Made by a program: the position numbers and the translations under genes. Shown here piece by piece: positions 18,061 to 27,617 of a DNA stretch of 45,210 nucleotides. Position 1 is the first letter of the stretch; each line of letters begins with the position of its first letter. A model generated the notes under the pieces. The model saw only the letters and a program-made list of their open reading frames with translations, did not search any database and had not been told where the DNA came from. Source of the DNA: a virus (lineage: Duplodnaviria; Caudoviricetes); the IMG/VR virus record IMGVR_UViG_3300017655_000006, positions 1 through 45,210 of that record. One strand, 5' to 3'.

Positions 18061-18898
18061 ATAGAGGAATTATTTTACCATTCTCTCGTTTAAAGTATAA
18101 ATCTGAGATTTTCTTATGATTCCTCTTAGCTTTAATACCGTTTATAACATGCTTTCCTACATCGAATAGTTTTGCAATGTCTACTATTTTCATTTTATTT
18201 TTTATACATTTACAAATTTCATGCACATCTTCTTCTTTTGTATTTAGAAATTTCTCACCTCTTTTTGCTATTTTAATATCGGAGAATATATCTTTGTGGT
18301 CCACACCTTCATGAATTCTTTTAAGACATTGGGCCTTAGATTTATCTCTATCATAACCTAAATTTTCTAATATTGAATTTATAGTCCATCCTTCTACTTG
18401 TAATAATTCTTTTATCTTAAAAAGTTCTTCGATTGTGAAAACTTCTTTTCCTAATGAATTATATTTGTGCTTTTGATTTTGAGAGTTGTTTGACCATTCC
18501 AAATTATCGACATGATTAAAATCTTTAAATTCGTCGCCATATCTTTTATGATTTATTTGTGGATAATTATTGATATTTGGAATAAACACAAATGCTACCA
18601 ATCTATGAACTTTTCTTGGAAGTTTATCATATCCGGGTTCACACACATAAATTTGGGCATAACCATCCTTATCTTTCCAAGGTTTAACAAATTTATCAGA
18701 TTCGACATTCTTTATTCTTCCATAATTACTTATAATATATCTTTTACTTTGAATCATCTTTTCTTCAAAATCGAATATCAATTTTTCCCATATTTCATTA
18801 TATAAATTATCTTTAGTATAATATGAATCTTCTATAGATTTAGCATATTTTCTCTTCAGATGGTTTAATGCGTTATGATCTCGATTTATTTTGATCAT
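18059..18898 (-). CDS. Free-standing NUMOD4-HNH homing endonuclease
   Basis: YIISNYGRIKN (NUMOD4), VHRLVAFVFIPN..INHK..N.VDNLEW...QN..H, two HTH-like C-terminal repeats. Confidence 0.9.
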   Translation of the reverse strand: MIKINRDHNALNHLKRKYAKSIEDSYYTKDNLYNEIWEKLIFDFEEKMIQSKRYIISNYGRIKNVESDKFVKPWKDKDGYAQIYVCEPGYDKLPRKVHRLVAFVFIPNINNYPQINHKRYGDEFKDFNHVDNLEWSNNSQNQKHKYNSLGKEVFTIEELFKIKELLQVEGWTINSILENLGYDRDKSKAQCLKRIHEGVDHKDIFSDIKIAKRGEKFLNTKEEDVHEICKCIKNKMKIVDIAKLFDVGKHVINGIKAKRNHKKISDLYFKRENGKIIPL

Positions 18899-18926
18899 AA
18901 AAACTCTCCTTTCTTATACCTACATA

Positions 18927-18940
18927 AATAATATATATTT
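18927..18940 (-). promoter_or_regulatory. Putative early promoter
   Basis: AAATATATATTATT on the minus strand, upstream of the HNH gene. Confidence 0.75.
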
Positions 18941-19017
18941 TACGCTATAATTTATGTCTTTGAACTATTAATAAAAAATATATGCGGTAAAATCTGTATT
19001 AAAGGATGTGAGATTTC

Positions 19018-21186
19018 ATGGCATTGAAACGCCCCTATAAGAAATATGAGGAAGAATATACAATTCACTGGAACACATCAAATACATCATTTCTTAAAGT
19101 AGCTACTTTATTGAGAAATGCTGGTATTGAAAACTATCATTTTATGCTTCGATTATATGACGAAGATTTGATGGATATCGATCCGTATGATCCAGATTTA
19201 ACTCCAGAAATGATGGGTAAGGTATTGACTGAAACTACTCGAAACTTCTTTTACTTTATACGTGAAGTTGCCCGTATTCCCGAAGAAGGCGCGTCCACTG
19301 AAGTCGGTGGTGGTACGCCCTTCCAGCTTCATCGTGGAAATTTGGCCCAACTCTGGGCCTTCGAACACAATATAAGCCATTTTTTAGAGCTGCCGAGGCA
19401 GTTCGGAAAAACGACGACAGCGGTGCAGAGATATTTATGGCAATTCTCTTATGGTACTACATCCTCCACTACAATCTTTATGAACATGGATAAAGCTGCA
19501 TCAGTTGCGAACTTAACTCGTCTTAAGGATAGCCGTTCATTACTTCCTGAGTATATGCAGATGGTATTTACCCTTGATGATAAAACTGGTCAGCTCAAGA
19601 AAGATACTGATAACGTTGAGCAGATCAAGAATAAGAAACTTAAAAATAGCATCATCACTAAAGCTGGTGCTCGTAACGTACAGTCCGCAGAACGAGTTGG
19701 TCGGGGTCTTTCCGTTCCTTCCCTGTGGTTTGACGAGTTTAACTTTATTCTTCTTAATGAAACGATTCACGCTGCAGCTATCCCTGCATTTTCTAAGGCT
19801 TCTGAGAATGCTCAGAAAAATGATAAACCATATGCTATTTGTATCACTAGTACTCCAGGTGATTTGGGCACTCAACATGGTGCATATGGATATGATCTTA
19901 AAGAACGTGCAGGAAGATTCACAGAATCCCTGTATGATTTAGATCCTGAAGAAGTGGAAACATGGTTGTATAAGAATGCTAGTAACGGAATGATATATAT
20001 CTCGTTCTCATTCATGCAACTTGGTAAAACTATGGAATGGTTCGAAGAACAATGTCGTCGGATGAACCATAACTGGATGAAGATCCGTCGGGAACTTCTC
20101 CTGCAATGGAACAAAGCATCCAATAACTCCCCATTCCTTCCTGAAGACATTGATGAACTTGATACAATGGCAATTCCTTCTTTCAAAGTTCTCAAAATTA
20201 ATACTCACTATGAAGTATTGCTCTACAAAGAACTTGATCAGCATAAACGTTATCTTGTAGGCGTTGACGTTTCAAAGGGTGTAGGTCGGGATTCTACAGC
20301 AGTGGCAATCGTTGATTCCCAAACCCTTGAAGTAGTTGGTCTATTCATAAATAACGTTATACGATCTAAAGAACTCAAACGATTCTTGCATACATTGATA
20401 CTTGAACATCTACCAAATTCGGTACTGATCATAGAAAGTAATAATATTGGTGATGCAATTATTGAAGATCTTAAATCTTCTGCTCTTAAACATCACTTAT
20501 ACTATGACTTCGCTATTAGGCTTGCTGAAGAAAAACGTAAAGATGGTGTAATTCAGAAGAAAAATAAAAATAGAATGGTCTATGGTCATGAAGTAACATC
20601 TGCTACTCGTCCTAAGATGATGGAGCTATTACTGCAATTCGTATCCAAGCATAAGAAGAAAATTGCTGTCAGAGAACTTGTAGACCAAATTCGTCACTTA
20701 GAATACAAGAATGAAGAAAGAATCGATCATGCTGCAGGACATCACGATGACGCCGTATTTGCTTATCTTGCATGTATATACATCATGTTCTATGGTCGAA
20801 ATCTTGCAAGATTCGGTTTGTTCAACGCCTTTAACTTCGATGGACATGAAATCGAATCGAGGGAGAAACCTGAAGACAAAGTTGCTAAAGTATTTAAGAA
20901 AGCAAAACTCCAAAGACTCATCAAATCGAATCCATATCTTGCAGGACTTTTCGAAGACCTCGTATTTGTTGAAGATGTGGATAGAGCAATTGATAGAGAA
21001 ATGTATGAACTTGAAGATAGTGAGGATGGGCGAAGCACATTATTCCAAACTGATGGTTTAGCCGGTTCCAAAATCAAGAGGAATGCATTTAGGGAATTGA
21101 ATGCAAGAGCATCTGGAAGGTTAGATGGTTCCAAAGACTCTGTATTTGGTGTATCTGATAGACATTCTGGAGGCACTTGGTGGTAA
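19018..21186 (+). CDS. terL: Terminase large subunit
   Basis: Walker A PRQFGKTT, Walker B WFDE, ITSTP motif III, nuclease motifs GVDVSKG, IESN and HDDAVFA. Confidence 0.93.
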   Translation: MALKRPYKKYEEEYTIHWNTSNTSFLKVATLLRNAGIENYHFMLRLYDEDLMDIDPYDPDLTPEMMGKVLTETTRNFFYFIREVARIPEEGASTEVGGGTPFQLHRGNLAQLWAFEHNISHFLELPRQFGKTTTAVQRYLWQFSYGTTSSTTIFMNMDKAASVANLTRLKDSRSLLPEYMQMVFTLDDKTGQLKKDTDNVEQIKNKKLKNSIITKAGARNVQSAERVGRGLSVPSLWFDEFNFILLNETIHAAAIPAFSKASENAQKNDKPYAICITSTPGDLGTQHGAYGYDLKERAGRFTESLYDLDPEEVETWLYKNASNGMIYISFSFMQLGKTMEWFEEQCRRMNHNWMKIRRELLLQWNKASNNSPFLPEDIDELDTMAIPSFKVLKINTHYEVLLYKELDQHKRYLVGVDVSKGVGRDSTAVAIVDSQTLEVVGLFINNVIRSKELKRFLHTLILEHLPNSVLIIESNNIGDAIIEDLKSSALKHHLYYDFAIRLAEEKRKDGVIQKKNKNRMVYGHEVTSATRPKMMELLLQFVSKHKKKIAVRELVDQIRHLEYKNEERIDHAAGHHDDAVFAYLACIYIMFYGRNLARFGLFNAFNFDGHEIESREKPEDKVAKVFKKAKLQRLIKSNPYLAGLFEDLVFVEDVDRAIDREMYELEDSEDGRSTLFQTDGLAGSKIKRNAFRELNARASGRLDGSKDSVFGVSDRHSGGTWW

Positions 21187-21199
21187 AAAATATAAAATT

Positions 21200-21227
21200 G
21201 GTCTAGGAGCTAATCCTAGACCTTTTT
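21200..21227 (+). terminator. Intrinsic terminator
   Basis: GGTCTAGGA/TCCTAGACC stem and T5. Confidence 0.8.
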
Positions 21228-21304
21228 ATTTTGATATAAAAATATTATATATAAACCATAGTATTAGTATATATTTGATTAAATGGAAGAAAGGGGAAAT
21301 TTAA

Positions 21305-22078
21305 ATGAGCTGGTCGGATTTTGATGACAGTCCACATAATGATACGAATGTGCGGACGATTATAGAGTACATTGATAATGAATTCTATTCTGAAGCTATC
21401 AAGCAACAAATCTTCGAGAGTCTCGATTGTAATACTGTAGATTATATCGAACAAATTAGAATGAAAATTGAAGAGATTTCCGAGAAGTATGATGAGGCAG
21501 ATTATACCTCAATCATTCTTTTCGAAGAACAACTTTACAGAGATATTATCTCTTGGATCGAAGAACGATATAATGTCGAAATCGAGTATGATGACGACTC
21601 TCTGAAAAGAGTTGCTTATGATATGTATAAATTCTTCGTTATTGAACTGAAATTAATTACCACATCTTTCCTGCTGAATTACATTATTGAAAACTACAAT
21701 AATATTCTGTCGGGAATTGATGAGGATAAACTCAATACTCAAGTAACTGAAAAACTTGACCCTGAAGAAGATAAGAATCAATATATTGCGGTAAGCAATG
21801 TTGATGAACTTATCAGACAGGTAAGTTATCTCGATTTTGATTTCGAGGTATTTACTCGCTATGCTTCTAGATCTGGGGATCTAGAATCCTTCGAACAAAA
21901 GGACGAGGATGGAAGTCCTTCCATTTCTTGGACATTCATCGATGAAGGATCTCTTGTATATGGCATCCTTAACCAGATTGTAAATGGAGAGTATGATCGA
22001 ACAATCATCCTTTCCATTACAGATAACCTCATCAGTGCGTTCAACGTAAAAATCAAATTAGACGAGGAGAATGAATAA
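21305..22078 (+). CDS. Acidic hypothetical protein
   Basis: 257-aa ORF with RBS; no motif recognised. Confidence 0.8.
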   Translation: MSWSDFDDSPHNDTNVRTIIEYIDNEFYSEAIKQQIFESLDCNTVDYIEQIRMKIEEISEKYDEADYTSIILFEEQLYRDIISWIEERYNVEIEYDDDSLKRVAYDMYKFFVIELKLITTSFLLNYIIENYNNILSGIDEDKLNTQVTEKLDPEEDKNQYIAVSNVDELIRQVSYLDFDFEVFTRYASRSGDLESFEQKDEDGSPSISWTFIDEGSLVYGILNQIVNGEYDRTIILSITDNLISAFNVKIKLDEENE

Positions 22079-22080
22079 TC

Positions 22081-23544
22081 ATGGAGCAAAACAAAAACGT
22101 AGAAACTTCTGAAATGAAAAGCGAAGCACAAGCTGCGCAAGAAACATCCGCACCATATAACGTAATGGCCGATGTGAAAGTAAACCAGGAGCCAACTCCT
22201 GTTCGTGGATTCGACGGCGAAGGTGAAGATGAATTCGCAGGTAAAACTCGCGAAGAACTCCTCGACGAACTGGGTAAAACCGGCGTGAAATCCGAACAAG
22301 TTACAGGCGTCGTTATGGAAGATGCTATCACCGGCGAAAGATTGCCCGGCAATGCAAATGATCTGACTGCAATTACATCTCTTCAAGATATTCAGCCGGA
22401 AAACGTTAAACGTCACCTTGCTAATATCATCAAGCAAAACATTACGACACTTATTCCTGAAGATCTTACAGAAGAAGATGCTGAAGAACTCATGAACATG
22501 CTGGAGCAAAAACTTATCACTCTTGATAAGAAAGAAATCAAAATGATGGATGCCATGCAGGTTAAAAACTTCTATGGTCATGAAATCTTTAACCAAATCA
22601 AACGCTTTAACCCTATGAACTATAATCAACTTGCGAAAAAGCTCCTTGTCGATTTCAAAGACGGCATTGTGGAATATCAAGGCGTCGTGGATTCGATCGA
22701 AGAGATCAATCTTCACATGAAGTTCTTCCAAGATATCAACGTTGATCAAATCAAAGATGATATCGAAAAAGAACTTACTGATGGTCCTGAAGAATTTGCT
22801 ACTGAATTCCATAAATACAAAAGAATGTTGGAGAAATATCTGGTATACCTTGAAACTCGTGAAGATTACAAAGATGTAAAATTCATGGCAACTGAAAAAC
22901 AAGTTACCACTGAAAAGATCAATGCAATCTCTGATGCTATCGAATTCAAGCAAATCTTTGCAAAATGTGAATCCGGTAAAGATAAGCTGCTGAAAGATTT
23001 CAAAGATACCAAAATGTTGAACAAAACTATCTTTGATTTTGTTGGCAAGCTTAACAACGATAACACGATGAACGTTTCCTTCCCAATGCCGAAGAACTTC
23101 AATGTGAAATCGAATATTCCTCAAGTTCTTACATCGGTATGGATCAGCTATCTGGAAATGGCAATCATCCGCGGCAAGTTTGAAGCTGTTAAGATTTTGA
23201 GTTCCCACGAATATGTGGAAATGACTCAACTTCTCAGAGGCGAAATCAAACAGCAATCTGTTAAAGAAGATGAAGTTGTCATGGTTGATAAAATCGATCT
23301 GAAGCAATTCATTGACGATAACAATATTGCAGTCCATGAAATCGTAGAGGCTCGTAAAGCTGCTATCGCACTGGCTTATGTAATTGCAAGAACCTTCAAA
23401 TCCACAGTTCTGAACAGCCAGCAGGAAATGAAATACATCTTGTCGTATACTATGGGCATCTTGACCCAAGCAATGTATAACGACGGTTGCAATAAGCTGC
23501 TGCTTGATCTGGTTGAAGGTGTTCGTGTTCGTCTTACAACTTAA
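22081..23544 (+). CDS. Hypothetical helical protein, probably abundant
   Basis: GAGGAG RBS and biased codon usage; no motif recognised. Confidence 0.85.
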   Translation: MEQNKNVETSEMKSEAQAAQETSAPYNVMADVKVNQEPTPVRGFDGEGEDEFAGKTREELLDELGKTGVKSEQVTGVVMEDAITGERLPGNANDLTAITSLQDIQPENVKRHLANIIKQNITTLIPEDLTEEDAEELMNMLEQKLITLDKKEIKMMDAMQVKNFYGHEIFNQIKRFNPMNYNQLAKKLLVDFKDGIVEYQGVVDSIEEINLHMKFFQDINVDQIKDDIEKELTDGPEEFATEFHKYKRMLEKYLVYLETREDYKDVKFMATEKQVTTEKINAISDAIEFKQIFAKCESGKDKLLKDFKDTKMLNKTIFDFVGKLNNDNTMNVSFPMPKNFNVKSNIPQVLTSVWISYLEMAIIRGKFEAVKILSSHEYVEMTQLLRGEIKQQSVKEDEVVMVDKIDLKQFIDDNNIAVHEIVEARKAAIALAYVIARTFKSTVLNSQQEMKYILSYTMGILTQAMYNDGCNKLLLDLVEGVRVRLTT

Positions 23545-23548
23545 TAAC

Positions 23549-23600
23549 AAAAAAGGTCGCAACTGGAATAATATCCAGTTGCGATTTTCTTTTTATTTTT
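23549..23600. terminator. Bidirectional terminator
   Basis: TCGCAACTGGA/TCCAGTTGCGA stem flanked by A and T runs between convergent genes. Confidence 0.8.
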
Positions 23601-23904
23601 TCTTTGCATTAAACATCGGAGCTTCACCTTTGAATTTCCGAATTGTTTCCTCAATAAGAGGAATATCATGTTCAGTAATTTTCTTGTACTCACTATGTCG
23701 ATTGGAATCATATCGAATCATTTCCGCCCGATTCTTGAGGAATTCCAAATGGTCGGTAAATCGTTGAACTTGCTCACGAGTATACTGCATGTTATGCTTT
23801 TGTTCATTAAAACTGAATCCTTCTAAGAAAGTAATTTCCTCGTAGCTACAACCTTCTTGAATCAATCTCAACTTATCTTCAATTGTCGTGTACATAACAT
23901 ACAC
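23593..23904 (-). CDS. Hypothetical protein (start may be ATG 23895)
   Basis: AAGGG RBS; early-like motif TATATATTAATT at 23923-23934 on the minus strand. Confidence 0.7.
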   Translation of the reverse strand: MYVMYTTIEDKLRLIQEGCSYEEITFLEGFSFNEQKHNMQYTREQVQRFTDHLEFLKNRAEMIRYDSNRHSEYKKITEHDIPLIEETIRKFKGEAPMFNAKKK

Positions 23905-24095
23905 ACCCTTCTTTTTTATATTAATTAATATATAAAAATGTTAATATTTTATTGCCATATTTTTGTATTAATTATTCACTTAAAAAACAAAAATAATTAA
24001 TTTTAACACACTTAAATAACAGATGGTGACTACGATTCTACAATACAAATAATAGAGTACCTTCCTTAATAGGAGGTACTCTATTTTATTTTTTA

Positions 24096-24107
24096 AACAC
24101 TTCAATA
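24096..24107 (+). promoter_or_regulatory. Putative late promoter AACA-N6-TA
   Basis: AACACTTCAATA. Confidence 0.65.
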
Positions 24108-24133
24108 ATAGCATTAGAAAGGAGGATTTAAAA

Positions 24134-24868
24134 TTGTCTCTCTTGGACAAAGAATATTTCAAAAAAGTTGATTCAACAATTCTTTTAGATACCTATAAAT
24201 GTGAGATTTATGTACCTGATGCTTATTTTGATTCTCGTCTTGCAGTACAAGATGGAGAACTCTATAGTTTATTTTTTATTCTGAAGTACAAATTGTTTCA
24301 TTCTGCTAATGCAGAACCTAAAAACTTTGGAGAATTCTTATTTCCATCCATAGCAACAACCAGACCTGATGATATTCATACTACTGAAATAGATCTTTAT
24401 GGTGAATTGGAAAAGTTCCATGTATTCACTTACTATAAAGGATCTCCTATCATTAACAATCGTCATATCGTAAAATCTTCTATTATGGTAGAACGATTCG
24501 TTAATCTTCGAAATGATGGGAAAATTAGAGTTAATTATAGCAAAGTCCCTGATGTAGAAAATAAAGCTCAAAAAATTCATGATACTAAACTGAATGTTCC
24601 TCAATATATACAGCAGCTCACAATCTCTGAAGTTTATAGAGATAAAGCTGACTATTCAAAACCTGCTAGATTGATTATGGGTGCTAGTGATAAGGATAAT
24701 TCCAAAGTAAAAGCTCTTAATATGAGAGAAAATTCTGCATTTACTTCGACCTTGGCTGGGGTCAGTTTCGAAGATGTAAAATCTATGTTGACAGTTGCTG
24801 ATAACCGTGATGATGCAGCTAATAAGGAAATAAGTCCCATTGAGAAAGTCATCAAAGGTATACGGTAA
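24134..24868 (+). CDS. Probable virion RNA polymerase beta' extreme C-terminal subunit
   Basis: STLAGVSFEDVKSML resembles beta' region H (SF..AASF.ET..VL); SPIEKVIKG resembles L.ENVI.G; late promoter upstream; AGGAGG RBS and TTG start. Confidence 0.6.
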   Translation: MSLLDKEYFKKVDSTILLDTYKCEIYVPDAYFDSRLAVQDGELYSLFFILKYKLFHSANAEPKNFGEFLFPSIATTRPDDIHTTEIDLYGELEKFHVFTYYKGSPIINNRHIVKSSIMVERFVNLRNDGKIRVNYSKVPDVENKAQKIHDTKLNVPQYIQQLTISEVYRDKADYSKPARLIMGASDKDNSKVKALNMRENSAFTSTLAGVSFEDVKSMLTVADNRDDAANKEISPIEKVIKGIR

Positions 24869-24873
24869 TTATC

Positions 24874-24906
24874 AACACTTAGATAGTAAGTGCCAACAAT
24901 CAATTA
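24874..24906 (+). promoter_or_regulatory. Two tandem putative late promoters
   Basis: AACACTTAGATA (24874-24885) and AACAATCAATTA (24895-24906). Confidence 0.65.
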
Positions 24907-24940
24907 AATATTAACTACTCACTAAGGAGGTTTTTTGGAG

Positions 24941-26725
24941 ATGTTTGATAAAATTGTCATTGTGGATCAATCCACGATCACCACAACCACTCCGGCTGTA
25001 CTTTCGCCTGACAGACCTCGGGCATACATCCCGATCTTTTCTCCTAAAGGTTACGGGAAAGACTCCGAAGTTAAACTGTTCCAGGCATTCAACCACGGTA
25101 CTCTAGTTAGTCACTATGGCGAGCCGAATATGCTGACAACTCTTGCTCCACTCTATTATGCATACGAATTCCTTCGTGGCGGCGGCGATGTTTACATTCG
25201 TCGTATCACTTCTGCTACTGCGGCACATGCTCACGTTGTAATCGTGGCTAAATACCGTGTAGCAGCTGAAGGTGCTAACACCGGTAAAGGTGAAGTCGTA
25301 TTCGAAAACCGCGTGCTTCAAGAAGCAACGAGCCTCGACGACATGATCACCGATGCTGAAGCTCTGTTGAACGTTGTAGCAGACGCTGATGGTTACAAAG
25401 TTTACCCAATCGCAATTGCTGGCGTTAAATGGGCTGGCTCCGAGGGTAACAAATACACCATGCGTCTGATTCCTAACACTTCGTTGGACAAACAAATCGA
25501 TCAAAAAGCATACAATCTTGAAACTCGTGCTTCGTCCTCGGAAACTCCGAAGACTCTCGGGTTCACAATGGATTCGAATGCTATCCTTGACGGCCAAAGC
25601 ATTTTTGCTAATGACCTTTTTGAAGAGCATTCGCAAAATGTATTCTTTAACGTCTTGGATACTTACAATCAGTTCCTTGCTGCTATCGATGCTCAACTGC
25701 CTGCTGGTGAAAAATCCAAACCGAATATCTTCTTCGGTAAAGATAAGTTGGGTGTTGCATATCCTGATTATGTTGTCCTCGGCACTTCGGTTGACTACAC
25801 CGCTTCTGGTGGCGTAGCATTCTCCGGTGGTGGCGATGGAAACTTTGCTACAAATGTATCGGGCCGTGAAGACAACATGATGGAGCAGTATGTCAGCTCC
25901 TTCGGTGAAATCACTTCCCAAATGCTGGAAAATGAATACAAATACTTCATCGACTATGTATTCGACTTTGCTGCTCCTCAGGAGGTTAAAGACGCTCTGG
26001 TGGCATTTGCTCTGCGTCGTAAAACCACTAAGGCAATCATCGATACTGGTCGTACGAATAAAACTGTTACTGCTATCGTTAACGCTCGTACTTCCGGCGG
26101 TATCACATACAGCAATGAGAAAGTTACCATTGTTGGTGGTATCGGAACGTACCGCGATCTGTGGACGAATCGTAAAGTGGTTATGCCGCTGTCCTTCTTT
26201 GAGGCATTTGCGATTCCTAACCATATCAATACTTTCGAAGGTGGAGCGCGTCCATTTGCTGGTGCTGCTTACACTTACGGAAACATGCTGCCTGATAGCT
26301 ATCTGCCTGTTATCTATGATGAGAACAGCGATGCTGCAGCGTCCCTGAAAGATAATCAAATCAACTTCGCTATGGAAGACCAAACTGGATACCAAGCGTT
26401 CCATCAAGGTACTTCCCTCAAGACGAAGTCTCTTGGACTGGGTGAGCGTAACAACATGCACCTGCTCCATCTGATGATCCGTTCCTGCTTGCTCGAAGCG
26501 AAAGCTGAGCGTTGGAACTTTGCAGAAGATGCCGATATCGAGCGTTACGGTGCTCGTATCCAACAACGTTTGGACATCCAAATGGCTGGTAAACTCAGCT
26601 CGTTGACGATCCAAACTGCCCGTGCTGGTGTATTCGGCGAAGACCGCAACCGTGTGAATGTTGGCCTGACTGTGAAGTTCAAGGACATCAACAAAGGCAC
26701 AACGTTTACATTCACAATTATCTAA
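24941..26725 (+). CDS. Contractile tail sheath protein
   Basis: ~595 aa; IFSPKG, YGEPN, G..YIRRI, GSEGN, FSGGGDG, PFAG and a C-terminal domain typical of sheath proteins; strong codon bias; precedes the tube gene. Confidence 0.88.
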   Translation: MFDKIVIVDQSTITTTTPAVLSPDRPRAYIPIFSPKGYGKDSEVKLFQAFNHGTLVSHYGEPNMLTTLAPLYYAYEFLRGGGDVYIRRITSATAAHAHVVIVAKYRVAAEGANTGKGEVVFENRVLQEATSLDDMITDAEALLNVVADADGYKVYPIAIAGVKWAGSEGNKYTMRLIPNTSLDKQIDQKAYNLETRASSSETPKTLGFTMDSNAILDGQSIFANDLFEEHSQNVFFNVLDTYNQFLAAIDAQLPAGEKSKPNIFFGKDKLGVAYPDYVVLGTSVDYTASGGVAFSGGGDGNFATNVSGREDNMMEQYVSSFGEITSQMLENEYKYFIDYVFDFAAPQEVKDALVAFALRRKTTKAIIDTGRTNKTVTAIVNARTSGGITYSNEKVTIVGGIGTYRDLWTNRKVVMPLSFFEAFAIPNHINTFEGGARPFAGAAYTYGNMLPDSYLPVIYDENSDAAASLKDNQINFAMEDQTGYQAFHQGTSLKTKSLGLGERNNMHLLHLMIRSCLLEAKAERWNFAEDADIERYGARIQQRLDIQMAGKLSSLTIQTARAGVFGEDRNRVNVGLTVKFKDINKGTTFTFTII

Positions 26726-26758
26726 CATCGTTTAATAACGAGAAGGAGGTTAATATCC

Positions 26759-27568
26759 ATGGCTGACATTCTTCAAAACATGAGTCTTTGGTTGGGTGTT
26801 CCCAACATGAGCAAAGACCAACTGAAAAACTTCGACCCGGCTTATACTGGGTATGTGCATGTTTTCGTGGTCCGTGTACCGGAAGTGCTTACAAAGCATG
26901 ACACCGTATTCGGAACATCTTACGGTAAAAACTTCAAGGCCATCTTTGAGCGCACCTCCACGAGCTTCAGCGGTATTCCTGAACTGACGATCAACTATGT
27001 TGACCAAGTTCACGGATTTCCTGATCGCAAAATGCCCCATGCTGGTGCAATCGAAGCCAACTTCGATCAAATGACTATCCGCTGCTTGGAATTCAAAAAG
27101 CTGCCGGTATTCAACATGATCCAGGAATGGATGTACTTGGTCGGCGGTGATGAATCGTCCAAGATCAAAGACTACAAAGGAATGGCATCGAGCATGGCAG
27201 GCGGTTACTCCTTGGAGAACCATACCGCGGGCTTCATCGTGTGCAACTCCAATCCTGAGTTGACTGAAATTCAAGGTCGTGCGCACTACATCACGGCTGC
27301 ATCGCCTATCTCCCTTCCTCGTGAGTTGTACCACCTGAATCCAGGTGAAATCAACATCGTTGAAGGGCATGATATCGCAATGAAGGGCGTCCTGAAATGG
27401 GGTCCTGAAATTAACACTAAAGCTCTTTCGCTGCTCACTGAGCGTAAGACTATCATTAACTACTATGCCGGTGCATCTGTTCGTGCTGGTACAGTTATTG
27501 ATAATCCGTTCCACCCAGGTGGGTCGCTCAACGGTGAAACGATCAACGCTCAAACTACTATCATCTAA
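26759..27568 (+). CDS. Tail tube protein
   Basis: Directly follows the sheath gene; 269 aa with high-expression codons; TIRCLEF..PV...IQEW pattern. Confidence 0.75.
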   Translation: MADILQNMSLWLGVPNMSKDQLKNFDPAYTGYVHVFVVRVPEVLTKHDTVFGTSYGKNFKAIFERTSTSFSGIPELTINYVDQVHGFPDRKMPHAGAIEANFDQMTIRCLEFKKLPVFNMIQEWMYLVGGDESSKIKDYKGMASSMAGGYSLENHTAGFIVCNSNPELTEIQGRAHYITAASPISLPRELYHLNPGEINIVEGHDIAMKGVLKWGPEINTKALSLLTERKTIINYYAGASVRAGTVIDNPFHPGGSLNGETINAQTTII

Positions 27569-27570
27569 TA

Positions 27571-27615
27571 AAAGAACCCCATACTCCAAATTACTGGAGT
27601 ATGGGGATTTATTTG
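27571..27615. terminator. Bidirectional terminator
   Basis: CCCCATACTCCA/TGGAGTATGGGG stem between convergent genes. Confidence 0.8.
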
Positions 27616-27617
27616 TT

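Noticed and set aside
22081-23544. Candidate sigma-like promoter-specificity subunit (similar size to AR9 gp226)
   Set aside because: Size is the only support; no sigma motif is visible
21859-23562. 567-aa minus-strand ORF
   Set aside because: Antisense shadow of 22081..23544, caused by scarcity of TTA/CTA/TCA codons; composition is not protein-like
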